DNA of 64,000 bases from an uncultured Phycisphaerales bacterium (GCA_963772725.1 CAVYYI010000003.1:672001-736000); one strand, 5' to 3'; shown: positions 33,669 through 47,199, numbered from the stretch's first letter. The notes: generated by a model not told the origin, from the letters alone. Numbers and translations: made by a program.

Positions 33669-34724
33669 ATGAGTAAGAAATTTATTGTTTTAGCTTTGAT
33701 GCTGAGCTTAGTCAGTATCGCATCTGGTGCCAACCGGACTTGGACCAATGGTAACGCCGACCAAAAATGGGGCACCGCAACCAACTGGGACACAGTTGTT
33801 CCGCTTTCTGCGGATATCGTATATATCAATACTGCTACTGGGCCAGTTCTTGGCACAGGCGATACGGGAATCGGTGGAACGGTTAATGTCGCAGCTGCTA
33901 CAGGCACAACAGGCGCCCTGACTGTAAGCGGCGGCAGGCTGAACATATATGACAAGGTTCAGATTGGTGTTTCCAGCACCGGCTCACTTAATATGACCAG
34001 CGGAACAATTGATATAGCAAGGTATGACTTTTCTATTGCCGCTGGCAATGGTTCCACAGGTTCGATGACAATGAGCGATGGCGTTATCCACGTTGGAAGA
34101 AAATTTTACGTGGGCGGCTCCAGCGTGGCAGGCTCCGGTAATGCCTCATTTACCATGAGCGGCGGTTCAATCGGAATTGTTATGAGTGGAAGTACAATTA
34201 CACCATTAGACTTTGTGATGGCAAATAGTGCTGCTGCCGTATGCACTGGAGATATGAGCGGCGGTACGATAACTATTACGAATAACTTCAATGTTGCCAT
34301 GCTCGGCACTGGCACTTTCACTATGACAGGCGGCGTAATTAACATAATTAACGGCAAGGTGAGAACCAACAATAATGCCAGCAGTAACGGAACGCTGAAC
34401 CTCGATGGCGGCACTGTTTACGCCAATGGTGTCTACATTCGCGGACTTGACCCCTTATATCTGGGACAGTCCACAGGGTTAATCAACATAACCCAGGGCA
34501 AAATGGTTTTAAACGACCTTGATGGTTCAGTAAAGACCCTTGTTGAAGGTTATGTTACCGGTGGCGGCATAAAAGGCTATGGTTTTGCCGACCTCAGCCA
34601 TGTGCTTGTATCCTGGGATAATGTTGCTTTAAAGACAACAGTTACTGCTGTTCCGGAACCAGCAACGATAACGCTGCTTGGTCTTGCAGGGTTGGTCTTG
34701 ATTCGCAGGAGAAGACACGCCTAA
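33669..34724 (+). CDS. PEP-CTERM protein with Gly/Thr-rich beta-helix-like repeats
   Basis: Signal peptide; repeated MSGG/MTGG units; VPEPATITLLGLAGLVLIRRRR. Confidence 0.9.
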   Translation: MSKKFIVLALMLSLVSIASGANRTWTNGNADQKWGTATNWDTVVPLSADIVYINTATGPVLGTGDTGIGGTVNVAAATGTTGALTVSGGRLNIYDKVQIGVSSTGSLNMTSGTIDIARYDFSIAAGNGSTGSMTMSDGVIHVGRKFYVGGSSVAGSGNASFTMSGGSIGIVMSGSTITPLDFVMANSAAAVCTGDMSGGTITITNNFNVAMLGTGTFTMTGGVINIINGKVRTNNNASSNGTLNLDGGTVYANGVYIRGLDPLYLGQSTGLINITQGKMVLNDLDGSVKTLVEGYVTGGGIKGYGFADLSHVLVSWDNVALKTTVTAVPEPATITLLGLAGLVLIRRRRHA

Positions 34725-34772
34725 TTGTTAAGGAATAAATCCTGATTAGAAGTGTGTGAATTTGTTTGACAT

Positions 34773-34809
34773 AGGCCTGTACCGTATAATGCGGTACAGG
34801 CCTTTTTTT
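34773..34809 (+). terminator. Intrinsic terminator
   Basis: AGGCCTGTACCG...CGGTACAGGCCT followed by a T-run. Confidence 0.85.
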
Positions 34810-35031
34810 ATTCCTGCGAAACTCCTGCGTAAATTACATCAGTAACGTATATGTTTCAAAGTGCTGATTTTAAGCCCTGAACAGAAAAAATTAAAACGCT
34901 CCAATACTGACGCAAGTTAGCCTTGTTTTAACAAAGCCAAAATGATATTATTCATACAGAAATTACTTTCTGATGGAAAAATACCGGATTTTTCAGGCAG
35001 AAGTGGTATAAACACCGGAAGGAGAATAATT

Positions 35032-36270
35032 ATGATAAAACCTGTCCATGCTTCAATCTTGATGGCCTTGACGATGACAACCGTGTCAGTGCGTGCGGCG
35101 GATTTGTCGCACGTTCCGCAGATTAACGAGACAGAAGAACGACGCGATGCACGCGGTGCCGATTCGGTGGAGCACTCAGGTAAACGAAATCTCCCGGCGG
35201 AGGAAAAGCTTAGTTTCGCGGTCGAGGATCAGGAACTTATCAGGATTCATGGCCGTCTCGCGGATATCCGCAACAAGGGGCCGAATCCGTATCTCAAGGG
35301 ATTTCCTTCTCCGAAGCCGTTCAACGAGAAATATAAAATCCCGCTGGTGAAAAATGCGGAAGGGCTCTTGATCAAGGCGGAAAGCGAATACGCCAACAAC
35401 GATGCCGCGATCGCCAAATGGTTCGAGTCCAACTGGGTTCCGGCCGTCCGTAAAACGCTGCAATTGGGGGAGGAGGAAATCGGCAAGCTCCGAATTGCCG
35501 CCCGTCCCTCCGAGGAGCGGCTGAACGTTTATGAGAACATCGTTTACAACCGGCTCGGGCAAAGGGGGTTGGTTCTCGATATATACACCCCGAAAACAAA
35601 GCCCGCGCATCTTCTGCCCGTAGTCATTTTCGTTCACGGAGGTGGTTGGCTTGACGGAAGCCACCGCACCAATCGCCCCGTGGCCATGAGCCTGGCCGAG
35701 AAGGGTTTTGCGGGCATTGCTGTCGAGTATCGCCTCGGACGGGAAGCCCGCTTCCCCGCCGCTGTCTGGGATGTGAAGGCCGCTGTGCGGTGGGTCAGGA
35801 AGAATGCGGCAAAATACGGCCTTAATTCCTCCTTTATAATCGTGGCGGGCGGTTCCGCGGGTGGCAACATTGCTGGTCTGGTCGGCGTTACTAACGGCGA
35901 CCTACGTTTTGAGGGAGACGGTGAACACCGCGAATTCTCCAGTGATGTTCATGGTGTCATCTCGCTCGATGGCGCAATTGGAGAGGTCTCTGGAAATTGG
36001 GCAAGTTACCCCGACAAGGATCCATGGCTGTACAATGAGGCCGTTCCGCTTTTCCACATGATCCAGCGGAATCGCTGTCTGCCGCTTCTGTTTGTGAAGG
36101 GAGGACAGCCCTTGTCGGTGTGGATCAAAGCCAACATCGCCGAAAACCACTCCAGCCATGTACATTTCCGCTGGCCTCACGGTTTTGAGTGCTTTGACCC
36201 CTCCAAGGATGAGCTGGTTGATGTGCTCGCCGAATATCTCAATGCTCGTGTGGTCAGCCAAGGCAAGTAA
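35032..36270 (+). CDS. Secreted alpha/beta hydrolase (esterase)
   Basis: VHGGGW and GGSAGG motifs. Confidence 0.85.
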   Translation: MIKPVHASILMALTMTTVSVRAADLSHVPQINETEERRDARGADSVEHSGKRNLPAEEKLSFAVEDQELIRIHGRLADIRNKGPNPYLKGFPSPKPFNEKYKIPLVKNAEGLLIKAESEYANNDAAIAKWFESNWVPAVRKTLQLGEEEIGKLRIAARPSEERLNVYENIVYNRLGQRGLVLDIYTPKTKPAHLLPVVIFVHGGGWLDGSHRTNRPVAMSLAEKGFAGIAVEYRLGREARFPAAVWDVKAAVRWVRKNAAKYGLNSSFIIVAGGSAGGNIAGLVGVTNGDLRFEGDGEHREFSSDVHGVISLDGAIGEVSGNWASYPDKDPWLYNEAVPLFHMIQRNRCLPLLFVKGGQPLSVWIKANIAENHSSHVHFRWPHGFECFDPSKDELVDVLAEYLNARVVSQGK

Positions 36271-36298
36271 ATCAAAGAAAAACTGAAAGTGAGGTAAT

Positions 36299-37404
36299 AT
36301 GGTGAATGTGAGCAAATGGGTTCTAATTGGGTTGTCTGTGGCATGCGCCATGGGCGTCTTCATGTCTGCGGGAGCGGCACCATCGCCAGCTTCGGCCAGT
36401 TTGGTGGCGAGAGCCTCAAGCATCGCGGGCACTAATTACAGCGCCGAAAAGGCGGTCGATCCGATTGCCGCCTGGCAAGAGACTACTCGTGTCTCTGACA
36501 GCAAGACTCATGGTGTGCCATCGTTGTGGGCTGGATGCCCAGGCTTAACGCAAACACCACGGTGGTAATTTTGGACTGCAATGGACCCGGCGTAATTACC
36601 ATGATTCATGCCAGCGCTTTGGGTAAGCGTTCCAAGGAATCCCCGCAAGGGATATGCTTCGATTCCAAGGAATCGCAAGGGGTGATGATTCGCGTATTTT
36701 ATGATGGGGAATCCAAGCCGTCCATTAATCTGCCGTTTATGGATTTCCTGGGCGATATCCAATGTCAGAGCGTGTATTTCAACACCGTCTATTTTTCGAA
36801 GGTGAATGAGTCGCACAATTTTCGGCTCCCGATGCCGTTTCGAAAACACATCAAAATTGAATTAGAAAATCCCTCCGAGACAGGACTCAAGGGCTACGTG
36901 GATATCCAATACGAAAAGGTTGCAAGCCTCCCGGACAACACAGCCTATTTGTTTGCCGATTTCCGTGAGGGGACAATCAACGCGCAGGAACCCACCGTGC
37001 TGTTTGAAATCAACCAGCGGGCGAAGATCGTGGCCCACTGGCTCCAGTACGAGTCAGCGGTCAGTCGCCTTGGCGAAACCCTCTGCGAAGGCGATCAGTT
37101 GCTTTATCTGGATGGTGACACGACACCGACACTGAACTACATGGGCACAGAGGACGTTTACGGATACTCATGGGGTTTCAGGGCAGTCCAGTCGGACAAC
37201 TGGTTGGCTATTATACGGCTGGAGGCTCTCAAACCAACTGGGTCGCGAGTTGCCATGTTGCGCTGCCGGACGACGGACGCAATCTCGTTCCAGAAATCCT
37301 GCAAATGGATCCTGACTTGGGCCACTGATCCCGGACCTCAAAAAAAGTTGGGTGAAATCCCAATCCCTTATCGCCATTGTGTATATTTCTATTTGCCCCG
37401 GTAG
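36299..37404 (+). CDS. DUF2961/GH172-like protein; frameshift near 36535
   Basis: GPGVITMIH, FNFRLPMPF-like motif, CEGD, GTEDVYG; signal peptide in the upstream frame. Confidence 0.7.
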
Positions 37405-37443
37405 CAAAAGAGTCTGTTGAGTAAAAACTGAAAGTGAGGTAAT

Positions 37444-39255
37444 ATGATGAATGTGAGCAAATGGGTTCTAATTGGGTTGTCTATGGCATGCGCCGTGGGT
37501 ACCTTCATGTCTGCGGAAGCGACACCATCGCCGGCTTCGGCCAGTTTGATGGCAAAAGCCTCAAGCAGCGCGGGCACCAATTACGGCGCCGAAAAAGCGA
37601 TTGATGGGGATGAGTCCACCTGCTGGTCCCCGTCACAAGAGGAATGGCTGGCGAGAAAGCCGATGTGGCTGGAAGTGGACCTGGGCCAAGAGCGGGAGAT
37701 CGGCCATGCGTTCATCACGGAACTGGCCGGCGGCAGCTATCCCCATATCCAGAACTTCCGCATTGAATACAAACAGGGTGATGCGTGGAAGTGCGTCTAC
37801 GAGGGCGCGGAGATTTTCGGACGGCGGGTTTATGATTTCAAGCCCGTAAAGGCACGCGTGTTCCGGATGACTTTCACCAAGGTTCTGCGATATCCTCAAA
37901 AAATCAATGAGTTTCATCTGTATGCGCCTGGAAAGCTGCCGGAGGCGGCGCTGGAGGCCAAGCGCCACGAGGCGGAAACGGCCAAGCGCCTCGAGTGGTT
38001 CAAGGCCGCCAAATTCGGGATGATGATCCATTGGGGGCCTTATGCCGTGGCTGGCGGCGAATGGGACGGCAAACCGGTGAAGGGCATCGGTGAGTGGATT
38101 ATGCGGCGCGCCAATGATGACAAAGGCATTCCCCTCAAGGAATACGAGAAAATGGCCGCGCAGTTTAACCCGACCAAGTTCAATGCCGATGAGTGGGTCC
38201 AGTTGGCGGTGGATGCGGGCATGAAATACATCGTGATCACCTCCAAGCATCACGACGGGTTCGCGATGTTTCACTCCTCGGTGGATAAGTATAACATTTT
38301 CGATTACACCCCATGGAAACGCGATCCAATGAAGGAGTTGGCGGAAGCCTGCGATAAGAAAGGCATTAAGCTGGGATTTTATTACTCACAATCCCAGGAT
38401 TGGCATCATCCTTACGGCGCGGGCAATGCGTTGGATTACCCGCCAAGCAATAAATCAATTGAGGATTTCTCAAAGTATCTTAGCGAAAAAGCATTGCCCC
38501 AGGTTCGGGAACTTCTGACCAACTACGGCCCTGTTGCCTTGATATGGTTCGACACGCCCAAGAACCTACCCGCCGAGTGGGCCGGCAGATTCCACGACAC
38601 CATCCGTTCCCTTCAGCCTGAAACGCTGATCAATAGCCGCCTTGGTCCGGGGGGCTATCAGGATTACCTGTCGCGAAATGATAATGACATACCGCCCACG
38701 CTCATTCCGGGCACATGGGAGACCCCCGCGACGCTTAACCATACCTGGGGATACAAAAAAAACGATAATAACTGGAAATCCCCAGATGACATTCTGTTCA
38801 AGCTCGTGGACATCACCAGCAAGGGAGGAAACTATCTTTTGAATGTCGGGCCAGATGCCGAGGGCGTTATCCCTCAAGCCAGCCAAGACAATTTGAGGAA
38901 AATTGGTGCCTGGCTCAAGGTCAACGGCGAGGCAGTTTATGGCACGGGTTACACGCCGTTTGGCGATGAACTCGGCAGTTATGATCCTGTGAAAAAGGAT
39001 AAGGCAGGCTTCCCTGTTTTCAATGCCAAGACCGCATGGCGCTGTACAACGAAGCCCGGCAAACTTTACATCCACATCTTCCAATGGCCCGGCGCAAAAT
39101 TTGAACTTTCCGATATCAAAGATAAAGTGGCAAAAGCTTACTTTCTAAACGACCGTACCAAGCTATTGAGCTTCTCGCAGGAAGCCGACAAGCTTATTGT
39201 CCAGCTTCCGGCGACAGCACCGGACCCTATGGCTTCGGTACTATGTCTGGAGGTG
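37444..39255 (+). CDS. Alpha-L-fucosidase (GH29) with N-terminal F5/8-type domain; native stop replaced by the next gene
   Basis: KFGMMIHWG, TSKHHDGF, IWFD, GGNYLLNVGP; homology to the paralogue ends at CLEV (39255) and the ORF reads on to 39507. Confidence 0.9.
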
Positions 39256-40872
39256 TCGAGGTGGATGTCTGTATCTACGGCGGCACGGCGAGCGGCATTT
39301 GCGCGGGATTGGCGGCGAGCCGGCGCGGGCAAAGCGTTATCATCATCGAGCCGTTTCGTCATTTGGGCGGTATGCATGGCGGCGGCATTCGCATCCAGCA
39401 GGATTGCCTCTATCTTCGCGATATCGGCGGTATTGCCCGTGAGCTTCACGATGCCGACCGTGCACTGCCGGGAGGAGGTAGCGCCAATCAGTGGCAGGTG
39501 CGCCTGATGATCAAGAAAAAGGTTGAGGACGCCGGGATCAGGTTTATCACGGAGCACCGGCTGGACGAGAAGTCTGATGTTGTGAAAGACGGCACCCGAA
39601 TCAGCATGATCCATCTCAACTATGCGCCGGTCATGGAGGAAGGAGTGCCAGCGCCGAAACCGGCCAAACGCCGGGTCTTCTCTGTCAAAGCCAAGGTGTT
39701 CATTGACGCCAGCTATGAAGGCGATCTGATGGCGTTCGCCGGGTGCGATTATGCGCTGGGACGGGAATCAACCGATCAGTACGGCGAATCGCTTGCCGGC
39801 CAGGGCCGCCTTCGGCACTTTGATGTCGATCCCTATGTGGTTCCTGGCGATCCGTCGTCGGGGTTGCTGCCCATGATCAGTAATGAACCCTACGAGCCCG
39901 GCAAGGCCTCCCGGTACATCCTGACCTACAACTTCCGTTTACAGGGCATTCGGAATGGCGGGGGAGATGAGCCGAATTGCACTTTCATGAAACCGCTGGG
40001 ACGGGAGATTGATGCCAAGCGATATGAACTGGTGAGCCGCGGCCTAAAAAGCAACCACCGCAAAGGCAAGATCGGATGGCCACAAGCGAACTACGCGCGA
40101 AAGGCCATGGTTTCGAGCGGCCCGCCGGGTCGCCAGGCGGATTACCCGGATGGCGACTGGTCCGTGCGCAGCGCGGTATGGCGCGACTGGATCGACCATG
40201 TCAAGACGATGAATATTCTCTGCGGGATGACGAACGCGGTCCTTCCCAAGGGTCAATATCCCGACAACAACGACTTTCCCGATCAGCTTTATATACGGAT
40301 GAGCCGCCGAATGATCGGCGAGTATATCATGACGCAGCATGATCTCATGCACCAGACGGTGATCAATGATTCCATCGGATTGGCTTATTATGCCGTCGAT
40401 ATTTATCCGCCGCGTCTGATTGCGCACGACGGAAAGGTTGCCTCGGAGGGCGAGTTGTTTGTCCGCGTGAGTCCAGGGCCCGTACAAGATCTCCTACCGT
40501 GCATTGGTTCCCAGAAAAAGTCAATGCAGCAACCTGCTGGTTCCTGTCTGCATGTCGGCGTCGCATGTCGCCATGGCATCCATCCGAATGGAATCATCCT
40601 ATGTTGTTATGGGTGAAGCAGCGGGCATTGCGGCAAGCCATGCAGTCAAGTCCGGCAAGAATGTCCAGGACGTTGACGGCGAAGCTATGCGGGCGGATAT
40701 GAAGTCTTCAGGTGTTAAGATGGAGTGGAACGGGAAAGGTTATGGTCCTGGCAGCGGGAAACACTGGCCGGCAGATGCCATCTATTGGAGGCTCAATCCG
40801 GATGACTACAAGAAAATTCCCATCCGGCTTGATCCTGGTTGGACCGCAGAATCATCCGACGAGAAGGAATAG
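39243..40872 (+). CDS. FAD-dependent oxidoreductase lacking a leader; frameshift near 40485
   Basis: DVCIYGGTASG, FIDASYEGDLMA, VCMSASHVA...RME motifs. Confidence 0.85.
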
Positions 40873-40954
40873 AAACCCGATTGCAGCTAAAAAAGTGAGT
40901 TCGGTATGAACATAAAATTCCTTCGATGGGAGAATTCAATCAAAATCGTCAGCG

Positions 40955-41319
40955 AAATCGGGGCGTGGCTGAAGGTCAACGGCGAGGCTATCTATGAGGC
41001 TGGCTGTACGCCATTTGGCGATGAAGTCGGCAGTTTCGATCCCGTCAAAAAGGATAAGGCAGGCTATCCGGCTTTCAATGCCAAGACCGCGTGGCGCTGC
41101 ACAACGAAGCCCGGCAGACTTTACATTCACATTTTCCAATGGCCCGGTACGAAATTTGAACTTTCCGATATTAAAGATAAGGTGGCAAAAGCTTACTTTC
41201 TAAACGACCGGGCCAGGCCGGTGAACTTCTCGCAGGAAGCCGACAAGCTTGTGGTCCAGCTTCCGGCGACAGCACCCGACCCCATAGCTTCGGTACTATG
41301 TCTGGAGGTGCCGAGATGA
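40955..41319 (+). pseudogene. Duplicated 3' end of the GH29 gene
   Basis: IGAWLKVNGEA...ASVLCLEVPR matches 38900-39255 and 42888-43251. Confidence 0.85.
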
Positions 41320-41407
41320 GACGGCAAAGGCAAACGGTTGCGTCCCTTCGCCATTCCTGGAAATCAGTAAATATTAAAGAAATAAAGATAATAATGGAGT
41401 TATTAAG

Positions 41408-43251
41408 ATGAAAAATAAAACAAGTAACAGCGTAACGGCATCGCTGCCGTTGAAACTCGCTTTGACTATCCTGCTGCTGGCGCCGATTGTATCGCTTCAC
41501 GCTGGCAAGGCAGAGTCGCAATCGTCCGCTTTGCCAACGGCAAAAGCCTCAAGCAGCGCGGGCACCAATTACGGCGCCGAAAAAGCGATTGATGGGGATG
41601 AGTCCACCTGCTGGTCCCCGTCACAAGAGGAATGGCTGGCGAGAAAGCCGATGTGGCTGGAAGTGGACCTGGGCCAAGAGCGGGAGATCGGCCATGCGTT
41701 CATCACGGAACTGGCCGGCGGCAGCTATCCCCATATCCAGAACTTCCGCATTGAATACAAACAGGGTGATGCGTGGAAGTGCGTCTACGAGGCGCGGAGA
41801 TTTTCGGACGGCGGGTTTATGATTTCAAGCCCGTAAAGGCACGCGTGTTCCGGATGACTTTCACCAAGGTTCTGCGATATCCTCAAAAAATCAATGAGTT
41901 TCATCTGTATGCGCCCGGAAATCTGCCGGAGGCGGCGCAGGAAGCCAAGCGTCAGGATGCGGAAACCGCCCGGCGTCTGGAGTGGTTCCGGGATGCGAAA
42001 TTCGGGATGTTCATCCACTGGGGGCTATACGCCAAAGCTGCCGGCGAATGGAACGGCAAACCAGTGCGAGGCCTCGGTGAGTGGATTATGCGCCGCGCCA
42101 ATGATGACAAAGGCGTTCCAGTCAAGGAATACGAGAAAATGGTCGCGCAGTTCAATCCTACCAAGTTCAATGCCGATGAGTGGGTCCAGTTGGCGGCGGA
42201 TGCGGGCATGAAATACATTGTCGCCATGCCCAAGCACCACGATGGATTCGCGATGTTTCACTCCTCTGTGGATAAGTACAACATTTTCGATTACACCCCA
42301 TGGAAACGCGATCCAATGAAGGAGTTGGCGGAGGCCTGCGCTAAGAAAGGCATTAAGCTGGGATTTTATTACTCACAATCCCAGGATTGGCATCATCCTT
42401 ACGGCGCGGGCAATGCGTTGGATTACCCGCCAAGCAATAAATCAATTGAGGATTTCTCAAAGTATCTTAGCGAAAAAGCATTGCCCCAGGTTCGGGAACT
42501 TCTGACCAACTACGGCCCTGTCGCCTTGCTCTGGTTCGATACGCCGAAGAATATTCCGATTGAATGGACAAAGAAATTCAGTGATATGGTTCGGTCAATT
42601 CAGCCTAATACACTTATTAATAGCCGCCTCGGGCCGGGGGGTTATCAGGATTACCTGTCGCGAAATGATAATGACATACCGCCCACGCTCATCCCAAGCG
42701 CGTGGGAGACCGCCGCCACAATGAATCACACATGGGGATACAAAAAAAACGATAATAACTGGAAATCCCCAGATGACATTCTGTTCAAGCTCGTGGACAT
42801 CGTAAGCAAAGGAGGCAACTACCTTCTGAACGTTGGGCCCGACAGCAACGGTGTGATTCCGCAACCAAGTCAGGATATCCTGCGAAAAGTTGGCTCCTGG
42901 CTCAAGGTTAACGGTGAGGCTATCTATGGTGCTGGCTGTACGCCATTTGGCGATGAACTCGGCAGTTATGATCCTGTGAAAAAGGATAAGGCAGGCTTCC
43001 CTGTTTTCAATGCCAAGACCGCATGGCGCTGTACAACGAAGCTCGGCAAACTTTACATCCACATCTTCCAATGGCCCGGCGCAAAATTTGAACTTTCCGA
43101 TATCAAAGATAAAGTGGCAAAAGCTTACTTTCTAAACGACCGTACCAAGCTATTGAGCTTCTCGCAGGAAGCCGACAAGCTTATTGTCCAGCTTCCGGCG
43201 ACAGCACCGGACCCTATGGCTTCGGTACTATGTCTGGAGGTGCCGAGATGA
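41408..43251 (+). CDS. Alpha-L-fucosidase (GH29) with F5/8 domain, paralogue of 37444; frameshift near 41790
   Basis: Long near-identical nucleotide blocks shared with 37550-39255. Confidence 0.9.
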
Positions 43252-43401
43252 GACGGCAAAGGCAAACGGTTGCGTCCCTTCGCCATTCCTGGAAATCAGT
43301 AACTATTAAAAAAAATAATGGTAGTAATGGAGACACTAAGATGAAAATCAAAACAAGAAACAGTGTAACGGCATCGCTGCCGTTGAAAGGAGCGTATTGA
43401 A

Positions 43402-45258
43402 ATGAAAAAGCAAACACTAATTAACACAAGCCGGTCTCTCATTGTCCTGGCAGCCCTGCTATCGTCTTCGCAGGCTGCTTCGCACGCCGCAAAGCCGGTT
43501 GACCTGTCGCACGTGCCGCAGATTAATGAGACAACCGAGCAGCGCGACGCTCGGATTCAGTGGTTCCGCGACGCGAAGTTCGGGATGTTCATTCACTGGG
43601 GGCCGAGTTCGATTGCGCGACAGAAATCAGCTGGAGCCGCCATGCTGCCCGCCCATGGGACATTGGCAAGCCAAACAACGACCGGCATCGCACGGAGGAC
43701 CCTATTTATGACAACTACTACAAACAATTTAATCCGGTTAAATTCGACGCTGATGCATGGGTGCGTTTTGCCAAGGAATGCGGCATGAAGTATATGGTTA
43801 TCATCACCAAGCACCATGACGGATTCTCACAATTCGACTCGAAGGTGGCAGACTATGATATTATGGCTACGCCCTATGGACGTGACATCATCAAGCAGTT
43901 TGCCGATGCCTGCCACAAGCAAGGTATGAAGCTTGGCTTCTACTATTCGCCGCGCGACTGGTATAATCCTGATTACCTCCAGGGCGACAACACCAAATAT
44001 GACAACTGGTATCGCACACAGATTGAGGAGTTGCTTACAAACTACGGTCAGGTGGATGAAATGTGGTTTGACAGCGCTGGGGGCAATGACTGGGGCAAGT
44101 GGAAATTCGATGAACTCTTCGCAATGATGTATCGCCTTCAGCCAAAGCTCATTGTCAACAACCGCGTCAAGTTCATCGGACCAAAGACACCCGAAGACCA
44201 AGGCCCCCCCTCGCCTGAGATACTCAAAATGACCAAGGGTGATTTCGGCACGCCCGAAGGTGTTATCGGCGCGATGGATATCGAAAAGGACTGGGAATCG
44301 TGTATTCACGCCGGCAGGGGCTGGTCCTACCGCGGCGAGGATGGATTCAGGCAGCCCGAGGATTGCATTCGGATGCTGGTAAGCTGCACGACAGGCGGTG
44401 GCAACCTGCTGCTGAACTTCGGGCTGCGCCCTGATGGCACATTTACCGATGGTGAAACAAAAATTGGCATAGCCATGGGCAAATGGCTTAAGAAATACGG
44501 AGAGGCAATCTACGGCACACGCGGCGGGCCATATCGCAACGGCGACTGGGGCGGCAGCTGCCATAAAGGAAACAAACTATTCCTGCACCTCTTCCAGTGG
44601 CGAAAAGACGGTTTGTGGGCATTCGACCCTCTGCCTTACAAAGTAAAATCTGGCGCACGCTCACCGGCTCACCCGTGCAATTTACGCAGACTAAAGATGA
44701 ATTGACTGTAAAGGTCGCGCAAGCCGACCGCGACAACCCCGTAACTGTCATTGAACTGACCCTCGATCAGCCCGTTGAGGATGGCCGTATTGTTGGTAAG
44801 GTGCGTGGCGAAAATTTATCTGAACACGGCAAAATTCTTAGTGAAAACGCCACGCTGGAACTTAGCTCCACCTCGCGTCACGACCCCGGCAGCCACGAGC
44901 GTTTGTTCAAAGGTGATAAAGCAAAGTACGGAACAGCCTTTGTTACTGAAAATGAAAAGAACCCTTGGGCAAAGATTGATTTAGTGCGGTAAAGAATATC
45001 AAAGCCGTCGTGATAGAAAATAAACCTATGGACCGCTGCGCCCAAGGCCTGATACTGTCCGTTTCTCGGGATGGACAGAAATGGGAGAAAATATGGCAGG
45101 CTCAGAAGTGGGAGCTAAGCTGGCTTATCCCTGTTACTCACTTTGAAACCGGAGCCGATGTGCCAGGTTGCCCGGTACGCTATTTGAAAGTTGAAACCAA
45201 AGGAAGCGAACCTCGCCCGTTGATATTACAGCGTTTCACCGTTTACGGCGACGAGTAA
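43402..45258 (+). CDS. Alpha-L-fucosidase (GH29) with C-terminal F5/8-like domain; several frameshifts
   Basis: KFGMFIHWG, TKHHDGF, MWFD, GGNLLLN motifs. Confidence 0.85.
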
Positions 45259-45295
45259 CTATTAAATAAAATAGCGATAATAATGGAGTTATTAG

Positions 45296-47170
45296 ATGAT
45301 AATTAAAACAGGCAGCAGCGTAACAATATCGCTGCTGTTGAAACTCGCTTTGACTGTCCTGCTGCTGGCGTCACTTACCGCATTGTATGCTGGCAGCGCA
45401 GAGTCGCAATCGTCCGCTTGGCCAACGACGAAAGCCTCAATCGCCGCGGAGAAAGTTTATGATACTAAGGGTCATGAGTACATGTACCAGATGGATCCGA
45501 TTCCGCCACGGCTTCAATCCGCCCGCTTTCATCTCTGGATTCCTGACTCTGTCGGCCCAACCGGCAAAATCCGTGGAGTCATCGCAACCAGCGGCTACAA
45601 TTATGGGCTGATGCCCGAGATATTTCGCGCTCCCCACTGGCGGGCGCTGGCAGCGGAACTGCACATGGCTCTTTACCTGCACCGCGCCGAGGAATCCGAC
45701 CGCAAACATGCCGGCAGCCCAGGGCAGCAGCCAGGCCACTATTGATGCCGTCTGCGGCGGGCTTGATTACTTCGCCCGAACCACAGGCCATCCCGAACTA
45801 AGATACACGGCCATTATTCACACCGGTCTATCAGCCTCTGGCCGCCAGGCGATTTTTTTGGGCAACGCGATGCCCAGGCGAACCCTTGCTGTAATTGTGT
45901 ACAGCCCCGCCACGACGCTGCCAAAACCTCTGGATACCACTGTGCCGGTGCTTATAAACATGGGCGGTCTGGACCTGAAATATGGCAACCCGATAAGTTT
46001 GGACAGGAATATTATTCTCCCGGCGGGTTCAAGGTGCGCCCTGGGCGGGACTGTATCAGGCCAATGTACCGCATGCCGGACACGGTGAGCCGTCATTCGT
46101 AATGGACTGGACAAGGGCTATTGTCAAGCTCCGCGTGCCTGAGCAGATTCCGGACGACGCGCCGATTCAGCTTAAGACTATTACTATCGAAAATGGCTGG
46201 CTTGGAAAGCTGAAGTTCAACTCTGATTTGAACAACCCGCACCCCGAAGGGCCGGATGCCGCAAACATCTGCGCATACGCCGATGGTAAAGCCGCGGCGG
46301 AGGCGTACTGGCTGCCTAATGAATCACTTGCCAAAGCATGGAAGCAGTACTGTCTTCGTAAAGATGTCAGCTTCCATAACGGGGCTACTGAAATTGCTCT
46401 TGCCAACGATTCATTCGTCAACAGTACCGGTATGCGTATGATAGCCATTCCTACCGGGCGATTTATCATGGGTAGTCCCCTTGATGAAGAAAAACGCGCC
46501 GATGACGAGGTGCAACACGAAGTCCACATCACAAAACCATTTTATATGGGCGCTACCGAAGTTACACAGGCACAATGGCAGAAGGTTATGGGAAATAATC
46601 CAGCCACCTACAAAGCCGACACGAATCCCGTTGAAATAGTCAGTTACGACGACGCTGTAAAATTCTGCGAGGTACTGAGCAAACTCGATGGCCGAACCTA
46701 TCGCCTGCCGACCGAGGCTGAGTGGGAGTACGCCTGCCGTGCCGGTACGACCACACCATTTCACTATGGATGGTCTATTGATACCGATATCGCCAATTAC
46801 CGGGGCGATGTTGGTTATGGCGGGGATGCCCGGCATCGACCGACGACGCCCGGGCCGAGCTCGCAGTTCCCGCCAAATAATTGGGGACTCCACGATATGC
46901 ATGGCAATGTTTTTGAATGGTGCAGTGATTGGTACGGCCCATACCCGACTGAATCGGTCACTGACCCTAAAGGGCCAGCCAGCGGAACCCAGAGGGTGTT
47001 CCGGGGCGGTTCCTGGTACAACCTGCCGCACATAACGCGGTCAGCATTTAGGGGTATGTCGTCGCCCGGATATACCAGCCGCCTGGTCGGGCTGCGTGTC
47101 GTGTGCGATGGGCCGGATAAGCAGCCTAAACACTGCACCAGGAAGGATAACTTTGAACTGTTTTACAGTG
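45296..47170 (+). CDS. Secreted hydrolase-like + formylglycine-generating enzyme (FGE-sulfatase) domain protein; frameshifts
   Basis: FIMGSP, TEVTQAQW, YRLPTEAEWEYACRAG, GLHDMHGNVFEWC, RGGSW motifs. Confidence 0.75.
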
Positions 47171-47199
47171 AGAATAACAATAATAATGGAGAAATTAAG

